From an uncultured Candidatus Saccharibacteria bacterium (GTDB lineage Bacteria; Patescibacteriota; Minisyncoccia; Phycocordibacterales; JABMNX01): a stretch of DNA of 64,000 nt. Both the position numbers and the translations under genes were made by a program. Below the pieces are notes generated by a model, which worked only from the letters and a program-made list of their open reading frames with translations, searched no databases and was not told where the DNA came from. This document shows, one piece after another, positions 35,958 through 46,400 of this stretch. The number at the start of each line of letters is the position of its first letter. Within the stretch, counting starts at the first letter, position 1. The stretch covers positions 17,100 through 81,099 of the forward strand of contig CAZNRH010000001.1 of NCBI GenBank assembly GCA_964575755.1, given 5' to 3'.

Positions 35958-37232
35958 GTGGAGTATAATATGTATATGAAAAGTTTAACTATAGAAGGAA
36001 AGAAATTTATCTCGTCAAAACAAGCTGCCGAGATTATGGGGTACACCCAAGACTACATCGGCCAGCTTGCGCGTAGTGGTAAAATCTCGGCACAACGCGT
36101 AGGAGGAGTTTGGTATATAGACGAGTCAGAACTTTCTGGACAATCTTCTAATATCTCTAAAGAAAACATAAAAAAAGGAAAATTTATAGATAATTTATTT
36201 TACAAAAATAAAAACGATATAGTTAGTGAGATAGACGTTAAAAATCTATTGGATGCCAATAAAAGTAAAAAAGAAAACATAACCTTCGAAGGTGTGGATT
36301 ATATCTCGTCAAAACAAGCTGCCGAGATTATGGGGTACACCCAAGACTACATCGGCCAGCTTGCGCGTAGTGGTAAAATCTCGGCTAGGCAAATAGGAAG
36401 GGGTTGGTATATACCACGATCAGTAGTGGATAAGAAAACCACTGAAAACAAAAATAATCCAATAACTTCATTCCAAGTAAATGAACAGGAAGAAATAGTG
36501 GAGACTCTTACTATTAACAAAGAAGTTAATAACGCTAACATAAGTACAAAATCAAAAGAGCAACAGAGTATAGTAGCTATCAGTAAGCCAAAAACCCCTC
36601 AAAAAGAGGTGTTTAATGACATGGTTACATTTCATGACAATAAAGATAGTAGAGGCGTAGAAAAAGAGTTACATGGATCTACTAAGATACATATAAACAA
36701 GAGAGAACAGCCCTTAATAAGCAAGAGGAACAAAGACGACTATTACTACCCATCTTTTTTAAGTGCTTCATATTCTTTAGATGATACACCGTTGGTTCCT
36801 ACACCAATGCGTTCACGAGAACCTGTACTTCATAAAATAGTAACAGGAGAGAGGAATGAAGTAGAAAAACATATAAAAGAAAGACAGCTGAACAGAGAAG
36901 ATAATAGTTTGTATTCAAAAAAAGTAATAAAAGATACCCTAAAACCCAAAAGACAGTCGTTGATGCAAAAATCACCAATGTCACTCATAAAAATCGCTTC
37001 ACTGGCGACTACTGTGGTTGTTGTTGCCTCAATCGTTACATTTATACCCCATACATCTGTATTTAGCTCTAGTACAAGCACTCTAAAGACGGTTTTCTTA
37101 TTTAAGACACCAGATAGTGGTAGTACTTTAAAGGCTGAAGTTACTCAATCTATACCAGATTCATTAATGGAGAGAATGATAGGTGTATTCAGTAGCTTTA
37201 CTGAAGAGAAAATAGAATATAATTCTAAATAA
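35958..37232 (+). CDS. Protein with two tandem excisionase-type HTH (HTH_17-like) domains, a low-complexity linker and a C-terminal TM anchor
   Basis: FISSKQAAEIMGYTQDYIGQLARSGKISA(Q/R)(R/Q)(V/I)G(G/R)(V/G)WYI occurs twice. A hydrophobic segment MSLIKIASLATTVVVVASIVTFIP lies near the C-terminus. Confidence 0.45.
   Translation: MEYNMYMKSLTIEGKKFISSKQAAEIMGYTQDYIGQLARSGKISAQRVGGVWYIDESELSGQSSNISKENIKKGKFIDNLFYKNKNDIVSEIDVKNLLDANKSKKENITFEGVDYISSKQAAEIMGYTQDYIGQLARSGKISARQIGRGWYIPRSVVDKKTTENKNNPITSFQVNEQEEIVETLTINKEVNNANISTKSKEQQSIVAISKPKTPQKEVFNDMVTFHDNKDSRGVEKELHGSTKIHINKREQPLISKRNKDDYYYPSFLSASYSLDDTPLVPTPMRSREPVLHKIVTGERNEVEKHIKERQLNREDNSLYSKKVIKDTLKPKRQSLMQKSPMSLIKIASLATTVVVVASIVTFIPHTSVFSSSTSTLKTVFLFKTPDSGSTLKAEVTQSIPDSLMERMIGVFSSFTEEKIEYNSK
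36008..36091 (+). repeat. 84-nt direct repeat, copy 1 (identical copy at 36302-36385), inside the 35958 gene
   Basis: tatctcgtcaaaacaagctgccgagattatggggtacacccaagactacatcggccagcttgcgcgtagtggtaaaatctcggc appears twice, 294 nt apart and in frame. Confidence 0.8.
36302..36385 (+). repeat. 84-nt direct repeat, copy 2
   Basis: Identical to 36008-36091. Confidence 0.8.
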
Positions 37233-37518
37233 TATATAATTATCGTATTTAAACGCCATCTCGTTAAAACGAGGTGGTGTTTTGTATCAGTATAAGAAGA
37301 TTATCCAATACTACTAACTTTATACATGTTAGTACGACCTAGTTTGTAGTTCGTCAGTCCAGACTATCTTTACTTTAAAACATTTTTTATTATTTTAATT
37401 TTCTTGTTCTCTTAATATTTATTAAAAGACAAATCTAAAAGACTTTTCCACAAACAAAAAGACATGTCCTTAAGAAAATGTTGTAGAATGTAGTTAAATC
37501 GTGTTAGCGACCATAGGT

Positions 37519-40500
37519 ATGAGTAAAGAAGTTTTTTTCAATAACAAAAAATATTTATCTTCTAAAGATGCCGGCAATCAGGCTGGTTATACTCACGACT
37601 ATATTTCTAGATTATGTCGAGAGAGGAGAATCCCAGGTGAGAAAGTGGGTGGATCTTGGTATGTAGAGGCTGAACCTTTCTTCATTTTTTTGGATGAACA
37701 AAAAAATAAAAAAAGTGAAAGTAATAAGAACTTATCAAAAGAGTGTAAGCAGAATTATAAAAAGACAACTGAAGAATATGAGGAACAAGTAATGTCACGT
37801 TTAGAATTACCAGAATTCCCAAAATATCTTTTACAAGAAGTAACAGCTGTAGTAATTTCTATTGTTTTAGTTTTTGGTGTGTACTTCGCAAAAGATTCTT
37901 TGTATGTTCGAGATGTAATTGATTCATCACAATCAAACATTTCTAGAATTTATGAAGACACAAATGATTCCGTAAATACATTCAGAGAATTATTTACATA
38001 TAAAAATATTGCAAATAGCACATTGAAAGTTGTTACATCAGGAAGCAATATTATCGAACAAGGGTTAGTTCGTTATTATTCTTTTATTAATACTTCTGGA
38101 GAAGTAGTTGTGGCAACTTCACACAAAGTAAAAGAAATAAAAAGACAAGTTACTGTTGAGAATATTAAAACTACCACCACAAATAAGGTTACTAAAATCG
38201 TTGCCCTTGTTTCTGAAAGGGTAAAAAAATTAAACCAAGATATAAAAAACGTAGCGCATAAAATCAAATATACATTTACAAAAGAAAATACATTGACTTT
38301 AGTATCTTCTACTAAAAATTACATAGTGTCATCTGCGAGCTCTGCGGTATTTAACACACAGTTAGCTATGACAAGCGCCCAAGGAGCACTTATAAGTGCC
38401 CCAGAGTTTATCGGACGATTTATCGAGGGTATCAGGGTGCGTTTAGTTAGTTGGCTTAACGTCAATGATGTTAAAACACCTTTTGCCACTGTTACTGAAA
38501 AAGACGATACCGCAGTATTAATAACCCAACCAACTATAAAAAGAGTAATAGAGACACAGCATGTAGTAGTACAGTCAGGTATAACGGAGTCGTTTGTATT
38601 AACTAAGCTAGAACAGTTAAACAACAAGCTAAAGTCAGAAATCTATAAACTCTCTTCAATAAACGCAGGTAATATCGTCAACAACTACAATGTAATCTCT
38701 CAAACTAACAAGATAGATAAACTTAAAGGGGTTGCAATCACAGGGTCTACGTTTACTGACGGTACTATTAGTGGAAGTACATCATTTTCTGGTACAACAG
38801 GCTCTTTCAGTGGAGCGGTATCAGTAGCATCACTTACCGTAACAGGAGATACAACCTTGAGTGGAAGCCTTTCATTAGGTGGACTTACTGTAGATACCGC
38901 AGGGCTTGTATATCTCTCCTCCTCATCAAATGTTGGAATTGGTACATCGACACCATACGCAAAACTTTCGGTTGTGGGTCCAGTAGTAGGAGAGTATTTT
39001 CACGCCACATCAACCACCGCCACCTCAACCTTTGCAGGAGCTCTCCTAGTAACTCGTGCACCAACAGTAGCCCACACATTTTCGTCATGGGTTACGGGCG
39101 CTTCAAACTCAGCACTCTTTGACGCTTCTCTTGTCATTAATCCAACTACAGCTACAGCAGACTCTAACTTAATTTCTGCAGCAGTGGGTGGCTCCGTACG
39201 TTTCTTAGTAGACGCAGAAGGTGACGTATTCGTGAAAAATCTTACTTCAGTTGGTTCTGTAACATTGTCCACCACATCTGCATCCTCTTTTACTGTTGAG
39301 GGTAATACAACATTGGGGGATGCAATCACAGACACCACAACAATCAATGGAACACTCACGGTTACTGGTGCGACAAGTGTATCAACAGTTGATGGAAACT
39401 TCGGAGTCGGAACTACGTCCCCGTGGGCACGCCTTTCAGTATCTGGTGTTGCAGGTGCAAGTACACCTCTGTTTTCAATCTCTACCACAACAGCAGGCAA
39501 CGCAACAAGTACTGCCATCTTTGTTGATGAAAACGGAAAATTTGGTATCGGTACTACATCACCATTCGCACAGCTCTCGGTGGCGGGCAACGGACTCTTT
39601 AGTGGTACACTCACGACTACCAATCTAATAGCAAGCAGTATTTCTACATTGAACTCACTTTCTTTAACTGGTCTCGCTACATTTACAAATGGATTTATTT
39701 CACAAGCTTCCTCAACCATCTCAAGTGGTGGACTCACAACAGTTGGTTACTCCACAACAACCAAAGCACTTGTTGTACAAGGTGCCTCGGCAACTTCAAC
39801 ATTCGCAGGCGGTCTTGCAGTAGAAACCTCAGGATTTGTGTACGATTACAGTACGAATAGAGTTGGAATTGGTACCACTTCACCACTAGCCAAGCTCGAT
39901 ATATACGGCGACATAATTTTGTCAGGGACAGACAGACACTTAAACTTTGGTGATACATCAGGAACAAATGGTTACGGTTTCCGTGACAACTCAGGCACAA
40001 TGCAATTCAAAGACTCAGCAGGAGCATGGGCTGCTTTTGGTTCAGGAGGAGGTTCAGACATTTTTTCTCTAACAGACGCAACAACAGTAGAAGCAACCAC
40101 AACAAATGCAGGCATCAGTCTTAAATTAGATTACTTCACTGCCACTTCAACAACCGCAACTTCAACCTTTGCCGGCGGTCTTGCAATTGAAACATCAGGA
40201 TTAGTCTATGATTATTCTACTGGAAATGTTGGTATAGGTACTGCGAGTCCAACACAAGCTCTTGATGTTGGAAGCGGTAACATAACCACTACAGGCACAC
40301 TAGCGGCTGGTGCGACGACACTTAATGGTCAGACAATAGTTGGTGGGACAGGTTCTGTATCTGTAGGTAGTTTGGTTGGTGAATTACAGGTTCAAAAAAC
40401 TGGGACAAATGTAGCCGCATTTTCTGCTTATGAAAACTTTACTAGTGGCGCAGGTCTTGTTCTCGGCCATTCTCGTGGGACATCTATAGGTGCATTTAAT

Positions 40501-41451
40501 ACCGTTATTACAGGAGATGGAGTTGGACATATTGATTTTGCAGCAGCTGACGGAACAGACTTAAATAATCTAGCTGCAAGTATCCTTGTATCTGTTGAGG
40601 GTACAATAGCAGGGAACAGGACTCCAGGTAAGATTGAGTTCCAAACAGGAGCTGATGCTGCTGGCTCCGCACTTACCACCGCCCTCACCCTAGACTCCAG
40701 TCAGAACTCTACGTTTGCTGGTACCATAGGTTCTGACATAATAACTATTACATCAGCAAGTGACCAAAAACTTATACTTGCTGGTTCAGCTTCTCCTAGG
40801 TTAACTCTGACACCAACTAGCGGGGATGAATTTAGCATTCAAAACAACACAGGAGTCTTAAAATTCACAAATAATACAGATAGCGACAGGGTTGATTTAA
40901 CGATAGATGGAGATGGCAATGTTGGCATTGGAACTTCAACCCCATGGGGCAAGCTTTCAGTTGAGATGGACACAGTAAACCCTTCATTTGTAGTATCAAA
41001 TCAAGGCTCATCAACTCCAGCACTATACATAAGTGGAGTAAACCAAGATGGAGTTATTGGTATTGGTACAAAAGGAGGCTCAGGCAGGCGACTTGATGTA
41101 TTTGACGCTGGGAATCCTCAGCTTCGTCTATCGCAGACGAGCAGTATCTTCACGAACTTCCAAGTCGCCGCATCAACAGGAGACCTCACGATTGACCTTA
41201 ATCCAAACACAAGCGCGACAGATATATACATGACGCAAACAGGCGGTACTACTGGCGCAAACCTGCGTGTATGTGAAGGAACAGCATGTCCAAGTGTAGT
41301 AATCAATAACGGTGGTAATGTGCTTGTAGAAAACGCAGTCTATTTTGGCAACGGCTTCCGCATAGACCAAGTAGTAGGCACAACCACAGAGATAGCGGTC
41401 TACGGTGTAACATCAACCACAACCCCAATCATCATTTTTGATGAGTTCTAG
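37519..41451 (+). CDS. Giant membrane-anchored protein: N-terminal excisionase-type HTH, single TM, ~1180-aa extracytoplasmic Thr/Ser/Gly-rich region with tail-fibre-like (V/I)GIGT(T/S)SP.AKL.V repeats
   Basis: KKYLSSKDAGNQAGYTHDYISRLCRERRIPGEKVGGSWYV (HTH_17-like), TM LLQEVTAVVISIVLVFGVYFA, then at least seven copies of the GIGTTSP(W/F/L)A(K/R/Q)L(S/D)V motif and duplicated FAGGLA(V/I)ETSG(F/L)VYDYST blocks. Start may be the TTG/GTG at 37501. Confidence 0.5.
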   Translation: MSKEVFFNNKKYLSSKDAGNQAGYTHDYISRLCRERRIPGEKVGGSWYVEAEPFFIFLDEQKNKKSESNKNLSKECKQNYKKTTEEYEEQVMSRLELPEFPKYLLQEVTAVVISIVLVFGVYFAKDSLYVRDVIDSSQSNISRIYEDTNDSVNTFRELFTYKNIANSTLKVVTSGSNIIEQGLVRYYSFINTSGEVVVATSHKVKEIKRQVTVENIKTTTTNKVTKIVALVSERVKKLNQDIKNVAHKIKYTFTKENTLTLVSSTKNYIVSSASSAVFNTQLAMTSAQGALISAPEFIGRFIEGIRVRLVSWLNVNDVKTPFATVTEKDDTAVLITQPTIKRVIETQHVVVQSGITESFVLTKLEQLNNKLKSEIYKLSSINAGNIVNNYNVISQTNKIDKLKGVAITGSTFTDGTISGSTSFSGTTGSFSGAVSVASLTVTGDTTLSGSLSLGGLTVDTAGLVYLSSSSNVGIGTSTPYAKLSVVGPVVGEYFHATSTTATSTFAGALLVTRAPTVAHTFSSWVTGASNSALFDASLVINPTTATADSNLISAAVGGSVRFLVDAEGDVFVKNLTSVGSVTLSTTSASSFTVEGNTTLGDAITDTTTINGTLTVTGATSVSTVDGNFGVGTTSPWARLSVSGVAGASTPLFSISTTTAGNATSTAIFVDENGKFGIGTTSPFAQLSVAGNGLFSGTLTTTNLIASSISTLNSLSLTGLATFTNGFISQASSTISSGGLTTVGYSTTTKALVVQGASATSTFAGGLAVETSGFVYDYSTNRVGIGTTSPLAKLDIYGDIILSGTDRHLNFGDTSGTNGYGFRDNSGTMQFKDSAGAWAAFGSGGGSDIFSLTDATTVEATTTNAGISLKLDYFTATSTTATSTFAGGLAIETSGLVYDYSTGNVGIGTASPTQALDVGSGNITTTGTLAAGATTLNGQTIVGGTGSVSVGSLVGELQVQKTGTNVAAFSAYENFTSGAGLVLGHSRGTSIGAFNTVITGDGVGHIDFAAADGTDLNNLAASILVSVEGTIAGNRTPGKIEFQTGADAAGSALTTALTLDSSQNSTFAGTIGSDIITITSASDQKLILAGSASPRLTLTPTSGDEFSIQNNTGVLKFTNNTDSDRVDLTIDGDGNVGIGTSTPWGKLSVEMDTVNPSFVVSNQGSSTPALYISGVNQDGVIGIGTKGGSGRRLDVFDAGNPQLRLSQTSSIFTNFQVAASTGDLTIDLNPNTSATDIYMTQTGGTTGANLRVCEGTACPSVVINNGGNVLVENAVYFGNGFRIDQVVGTTTEIAVYGVTSTTTPIIIFDEF

Positions 41452-41535
41452 CTAGCCATCTTCGACAAATCCTAACGACTGTTGAAGTCAGACTTCAACA
41501 GTCAACAATACTCAAATCAAAAAATAAATTACAGC

Positions 41536-42333
41536 ATGTTATCGCAATACATAAACGAATTACGACTTTTTATACAAAATTTCACCAGGTGGATACTCTC
41601 ACTGCTTGTATTAACCATTTTCTTTTTTAGCTTTGGATTAAAAGAAGTTGTGTTGATGGGTAAAACTTTAGTACTCCCTCTTCCGGTCAGTGCATCATTT
41701 GCAACACAACTTTTTAATTACATGACGACGGACCTAATACCCGAAGGAGTTACACTTATTGTCACCAATCCTCTTACAGCATTTATTGCACAAATTAAAA
41801 TTGCACTACTTTTGGCATTTATTTTCACATTACCGTTTCTTTTATATAGACTCATTCAATATTTCTCTCCAGCACTGTACATGAAAGAAAAAGTTTCAGT
41901 ACTTAAGGTCGCACTTCCGTCTGCACTATTGTTTACACTTGGAGTAGCATTTTCATATTTAGTTCTCATTCCGCCAACATTCACTCTCTTGTATGCCTAC
42001 ACAGATAACATTAGCGCTGTACCATTTTTTACTGTGAATGAATTTATTGGTATTGTATTAGCGCTTGTTTTCGCGACTGGGATAATGTTTTTACTACCAG
42101 TATCTATGGTATTACTGAGTCGTCTTGGTTTAGTGCCACCTAATTTTTGGCGGGCGCAATGGCGTTATGCACTACTATTCTTCCTCATTGTTTCTGCTAT
42201 AATTACACCAGATGGAAGTGGTGTTACTATGACGCTACTTTCTATTCCGATGGCAGGACTTTATGGAGTTGGCTTAGTGATAAGTCAAAAGAGTACTGTA
42301 AACAGTCGGAAAACAAAAATTAATTATTTATAA
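41536..42333 (+). CDS. tatC: Twin-arginine translocase subunit TatC
   Basis: Six TM segments. EL-R-like N-terminus (INELRLFI). C-terminal SAIITPDGSGVTMTLLSIPMAGLYGVGLVIS matches the TatC motif (aiiTPpD......la.Pm..LYE). An alternative TTG start at 41482 adds 18 aa. Confidence 0.75.
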   Translation: MLSQYINELRLFIQNFTRWILSLLVLTIFFFSFGLKEVVLMGKTLVLPLPVSASFATQLFNYMTTDLIPEGVTLIVTNPLTAFIAQIKIALLLAFIFTLPFLLYRLIQYFSPALYMKEKVSVLKVALPSALLFTLGVAFSYLVLIPPTFTLLYAYTDNISAVPFFTVNEFIGIVLALVFATGIMFLLPVSMVLLSRLGLVPPNFWRAQWRYALLFFLIVSAIITPDGSGVTMTLLSIPMAGLYGVGLVISQKSTVNSRKTKINYL

Positions 42334-42386
42334 ATCATTAACCAGGTTGCAGGTTTTAGCAAATCAGGTTTTGGGTCTAAGTTACC

Positions 42387-42415
42387 CTAATTCCTAATTC
42401 CTAATTCCTAATTCC
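42387..42415 (+). repeat. Four tandem copies of the heptamer CTAATTC immediately upstream of tatA
   Basis: ctaattcctaattcctaattcctaattcc ends 9 nt before the tatA ATG. Related TAATTCCTAATTC motifs precede the ORFs at 42962 and 43465. Confidence 0.7.
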
Positions 42416-42424
42416 TTTTAAATT

Positions 42425-42655
42425 ATGTTCGGACTAGGAATACCAGAGATTATAATAATATTACTAGCGATAGGGATTCTATTGTTTGGTAGTAAGAAGA
42501 TCATAGAACTTGCTCGTTCAATGGGGCGTTTTACTGGGGAGTTTAAAAAAGGCAAGAGTGATATAGAAGCAGAAATGAAAAAGTCAGAAACTGACGCTAT
42601 ACAAGAAGCACCAGTAGATACAGCTGCAAGTAACGAAGGCGACAATAATAAATAA
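42425..42655 (+). CDS. tatA: Twin-arginine translocase subunit TatA/E
   Basis: MFGLGIPEIIIILLAIGILLFGSKKIIELARSMGRFTGEFKKGK matches the TatA consensus (TM helix, FG.KK hinge, amphipathic helix). Confidence 0.8.
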   Translation: MFGLGIPEIIIILLAIGILLFGSKKIIELARSMGRFTGEFKKGKSDIEAEMKKSETDAIQEAPVDTAASNEGDNNK

Positions 42656-42664
42656 TCATAGTAG

Positions 42665-42928
42665 ATGAAAGAGACTCAAACAAAAAACAAAGAAGTAGTT
42701 TTTAACAGGCACAGAAGGACATTTCTTACTGTTGCTGGTACGGGTGTCATAGCTTTTATTTTAGGGAAGATATTTGGGCCAAGCATTAACCTTTTCTCGA
42801 AAGATCATGCTATTAGCGAGAAAGAGTTTCGTAATTTTCGTATCGTCGAGACAAATAAAGAGATGAAGTTCTACGACCGTGGAGGAAACGAAATATTTAT
42901 TGTAGATAAAGAAAGTTTTGCACAATAA
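42665..42928 (+). CDS. Small protein with a twin-arginine-like signal/anchor (NRHRRTFLTVAGTGVIAFILG); possible Tat substrate
   Basis: RRTFL fits the S/T-R-R-x-F-L Tat motif. An h-region follows. The mature part is about 55 aa. Located 9 nt after tatA. Confidence 0.4.
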   Translation: MKETQTKNKEVVFNRHRRTFLTVAGTGVIAFILGKIFGPSINLFSKDHAISEKEFRNFRIVETNKEMKFYDRGGNEIFIVDKESFAQ

Positions 42929-42961
42929 ATAGATTTAATCACTAATTCCTAATTCACTATC

Positions 42962-43366
42962 ATGACAATGCGCATCTCAGCAACCCGAATAGATATGGAT
43001 GATAAAATCCTTCAAAAACCAGTTTTGAAGGATTATGGAGAGACTCTTACGAGTGCTAATAGTAGTACTACGTACACAATAGACCTAACCCTTGGCAACA
43101 CGTTTAAAATCACAATGACGGGTAATTGTACATTTACGTTTTCAAATCCACCTGTTACAGGAACAACAGGAAGCTTTACTCTTATTTTAATTCAAGACGG
43201 TACAGGTACACGTACGGCAACATGGCCTGCGTCAGTTGATTGGGCTGGAGGCACAGCTCCAACTCTTACTACAACTGCAACTACAGGTACGGACATCATA
43301 ACTTTTATAACAACTGACGGCGGAACAATTTGGTGGGGTTTTGCAGCTGGTATTAATATGAGCTAA
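42962..43366 (+). CDS. Hypothetical small Thr/Gly-rich beta-type protein
   Basis: 134 aa with no motif recognised. Preceded by a TAATTCCTAATTC motif. Same strand, tight spacing with neighbours. Confidence 0.35.
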   Translation: MTMRISATRIDMDDKILQKPVLKDYGETLTSANSSTTYTIDLTLGNTFKITMTGNCTFTFSNPPVTGTTGSFTLILIQDGTGTRTATWPASVDWAGGTAPTLTTTATTGTDIITFITTDGGTIWWGFAAGINMS

Positions 43367-43464
43367 AGGTGAGTTATAAATGTCTTAATTACACTTAATT
43401 CTTGATTATTAATCTACACTTACTCTATGTTTAATTCTTTATTCATAATTCCTAATTCTTTTCT

Positions 43465-46400
43465 ATGCCATTAGGAGCAGAATTCAGAGGACTACTTGGA
43501 ACTGCTGGAACCTCCAGTAGCTCTTTCGTGATTCCACAATCAATCCGCTTTAACGACAACGACTTAGCATATATGTCCAGGACACCTTCAGTGGCCGGTA
43601 ACCGCAAGACATGGACTTGGAGTGGTTGGGTTAAACGTGGGAGTTTAGGAGGTTCCCAAGTAATATTTGGTGCTGGTGCGAACAGTTCTGATAGAGCTTT
43701 ATTTTATTTCAGTGGGGACAATCCTACATTTATTATAAGTGCTGCGTCAGTTAATATAGGGTTTATAAAGACTACACAAGTATTACGAGATCCTTCAGCG
43801 TGGTATCATCTTGTTCTTGTTGTTGATACAACTCAAGCTACAGCGGCTAATAGATTAAAGATGTATATAAACGGGGAGCAAGTAACATCGCTTTCTACTG
43901 CAACATATCCAGCTCAGAATACAGATACTTATATCAATTACACAGAAATTCATAGGATAGGTAGTGATTCCGCAACCATCTCAAGTCTTATGGATGGCTA
44001 CCTCGCAGACGTACACTTCATTGATGGTTCTGCACTAGCCGCTTCCGACTTTGGTGAAACAGACGCTAACGGTAGTTGGGTTCCTATTGAGTTTGACAGT
44101 AGTGCTATCGCCGCAGAAACAGTCACCTCTAGTTACTGTACCAGTGCCGTTGATGCTACAGATAGCGCCTCTTACACATTCTCTAGCCAGTCTATTGGCA
44201 CAGCGACATCAGACAGAATAGTCGTAGTCACCACCGCGCAAGGTAACGTCGGTATGACTGTGGGTTCTCTGACCGTTGGAGGCATCAGTGCGACTGAGGC
44301 TATTGAAATAACTGAAAGCACTGGGTACGCCACTTCTGGGCAATGGTATGTACCAGTTCCAACAGGAACAACTGCTGACATAGTTGTTAATATTTCAGGT
44401 GGTACTGCATCAAGATGTGGTATCACAGTTCACGCAATATATGGCTCTAGTGGAAAGCCCTACGCAACAGCTTACGCTGAACAGGACTACCCTCTTATTC
44501 AATCCATCCAAGTTCCCGATAATGGGGTGATCATCGGCGCGTCAATGGTTAATTCCGGTGCGCCAACTGTCACTTGGACTAACCTCACTGAACGAGTTGA
44601 CGAAGTAATTGAGAGCGCCTCATCCTCACAATCTGTGGCTTCGGATGCATTTGCTACGGGCGGGTCAATAACTGTTACCTGCTCCCCTGCGTCAGATAAC
44701 CGTGAAGTGCTAACCCTAACTTCATGGGGCGCGGTAGGAGGCTACGGCACCAACGGCTTTTATATTGATGGGGCTGACAGTGCTAATCTTGGTTTAGATG
44801 TGAATGCAGTAACTAGCACGGCTTTAACAGTTACATTCACAGATAGCTCGGTAGATACATCAAACAGTACAGCCTACACATTTTCTTCTCAGGCAATCGG
44901 CGCAGCAGGAAGTGATCGTACTATTGTCGTTGCTACAAATGGTGAGGGTGGAGGCGCAAGTCGCTATGTCAGCACACTGACCATTGGCGGCGTAAGTGCA
45001 ACAAAAATAGTTTCTAGCTTATCAGAAAACCTCTATTGGCCTTGTGAGATGTGGAAAGCTGTCGTCCCAACAGGCACTACGGCGGATATTATCGTTACTT
45101 GGGATAGTAACATGTCTGAGTGTGGCTTAGGGGTGTGGGATGTTCGTAATATGGGGGGGGTGTTTTCTTCTGGTACAGATAGTACAGACCCCGGAAATAC
45201 CACCCTGTGGATACCTGCTGGTGGCGTTGGGATTGGTTCTATGAAAAGCGGTGGCGGGGTTGCATCGTACACTTGGACAGGATTAACCAAAGACTATGAT
45301 GAACTTGTTGACAGTGCGAACAATGGGTATCATTCAGGAGCCAGTATAACAAACGCAACGGCACAGTCTCTTGCTATTGAGGCCAACCCTTCCGGTGGTT
45401 CACAGTTTGCATTTTGTGCCGTGTCCTTTGTGATGGCAAATGATAATTCATTTGCCCCTTCCGGCCTGACAACTGCCGATCAAATGCTCGACAGCCCGAC
45501 CGATGATGCGGCGAATGGGATTGGCAATTACTGCACTTGGAACGTACTTAATAACTCGGGTCCAGGATACACATGGTCAAATGGCAATCTAAAGTCAACT
45601 TCGGATGCTCAAGGTCAGGACGGCGCATCTGGAACACTCCATGCTTCTTCTGGTAAATATTATTTTGAGTACACTGTCGACGCTATCGTAACTGGTGGAA
45701 CTGTATATGGAGTATGTACTGATGGTTGTGCGGCCTCTAGTGATATGGTTGACGGCACGGTCGCGGGTGGTATGGATCTTTATGGCGGTGGCGAAGTTTA
45801 TGGATACAGAGGAACCGGAGGAAAAGTTGATATTTCCTCCGACACAGCTTACGGGACTTCGTTCGTCGCTACTGATGTAATTGGCGTAGCTCTAGATTTA
45901 GATAATGGAATTATTTGGTTCAGTAAGAACGGCGCTTGGCAAGAATCTGCGACGCAGGGCGAGATCGAAGCAGGGACTACGACCAACGCAGCATTTACAT
46001 GGACCCCAGCTGGTCAGTTCTGGACTATTTGGATGCACGATTTTGGTGCAAATTCATCTGGCACTTTTAATGGGGGTCAATCAGGTTTTACGTATACCCC
46101 TCCAACAGGTTTCAAAGCTCTTTGTACCGCCAACCTCCCAGCCCCTACTATTACAGACCCTAGCGCCTACAATCAGACAGAACTCTTTACAGGTAATTCA
46201 GCCACAAATGTTATTACGTTTAGTGGTAACTCCACAATGCAACCAGACTTAGTATGGATTAAGCGACGGGATTGGTTAGGAAGTAACCATGTTATTACTG
46301 ATAGTGTTCGTGGTGTTACCAAGGAGATTAACTCGGACCTTACTAATGCAGAGTCCACGGAAGCTACTGGCTTAACTTCTTTTGATACAAATGGATTTAC

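Noticed and set aside
39000-39737. 245-aa minus-strand ORF, and several other 60-110-aa antisense ORFs, inside the giant 37519-41451 and 43465-47175 genes
   Set aside because: They lie antisense to long, repeat-rich, GC-richer coding regions where stop codons are rare by chance. Products are low complexity with no motifs. The sense-strand genes have clear domain architecture.
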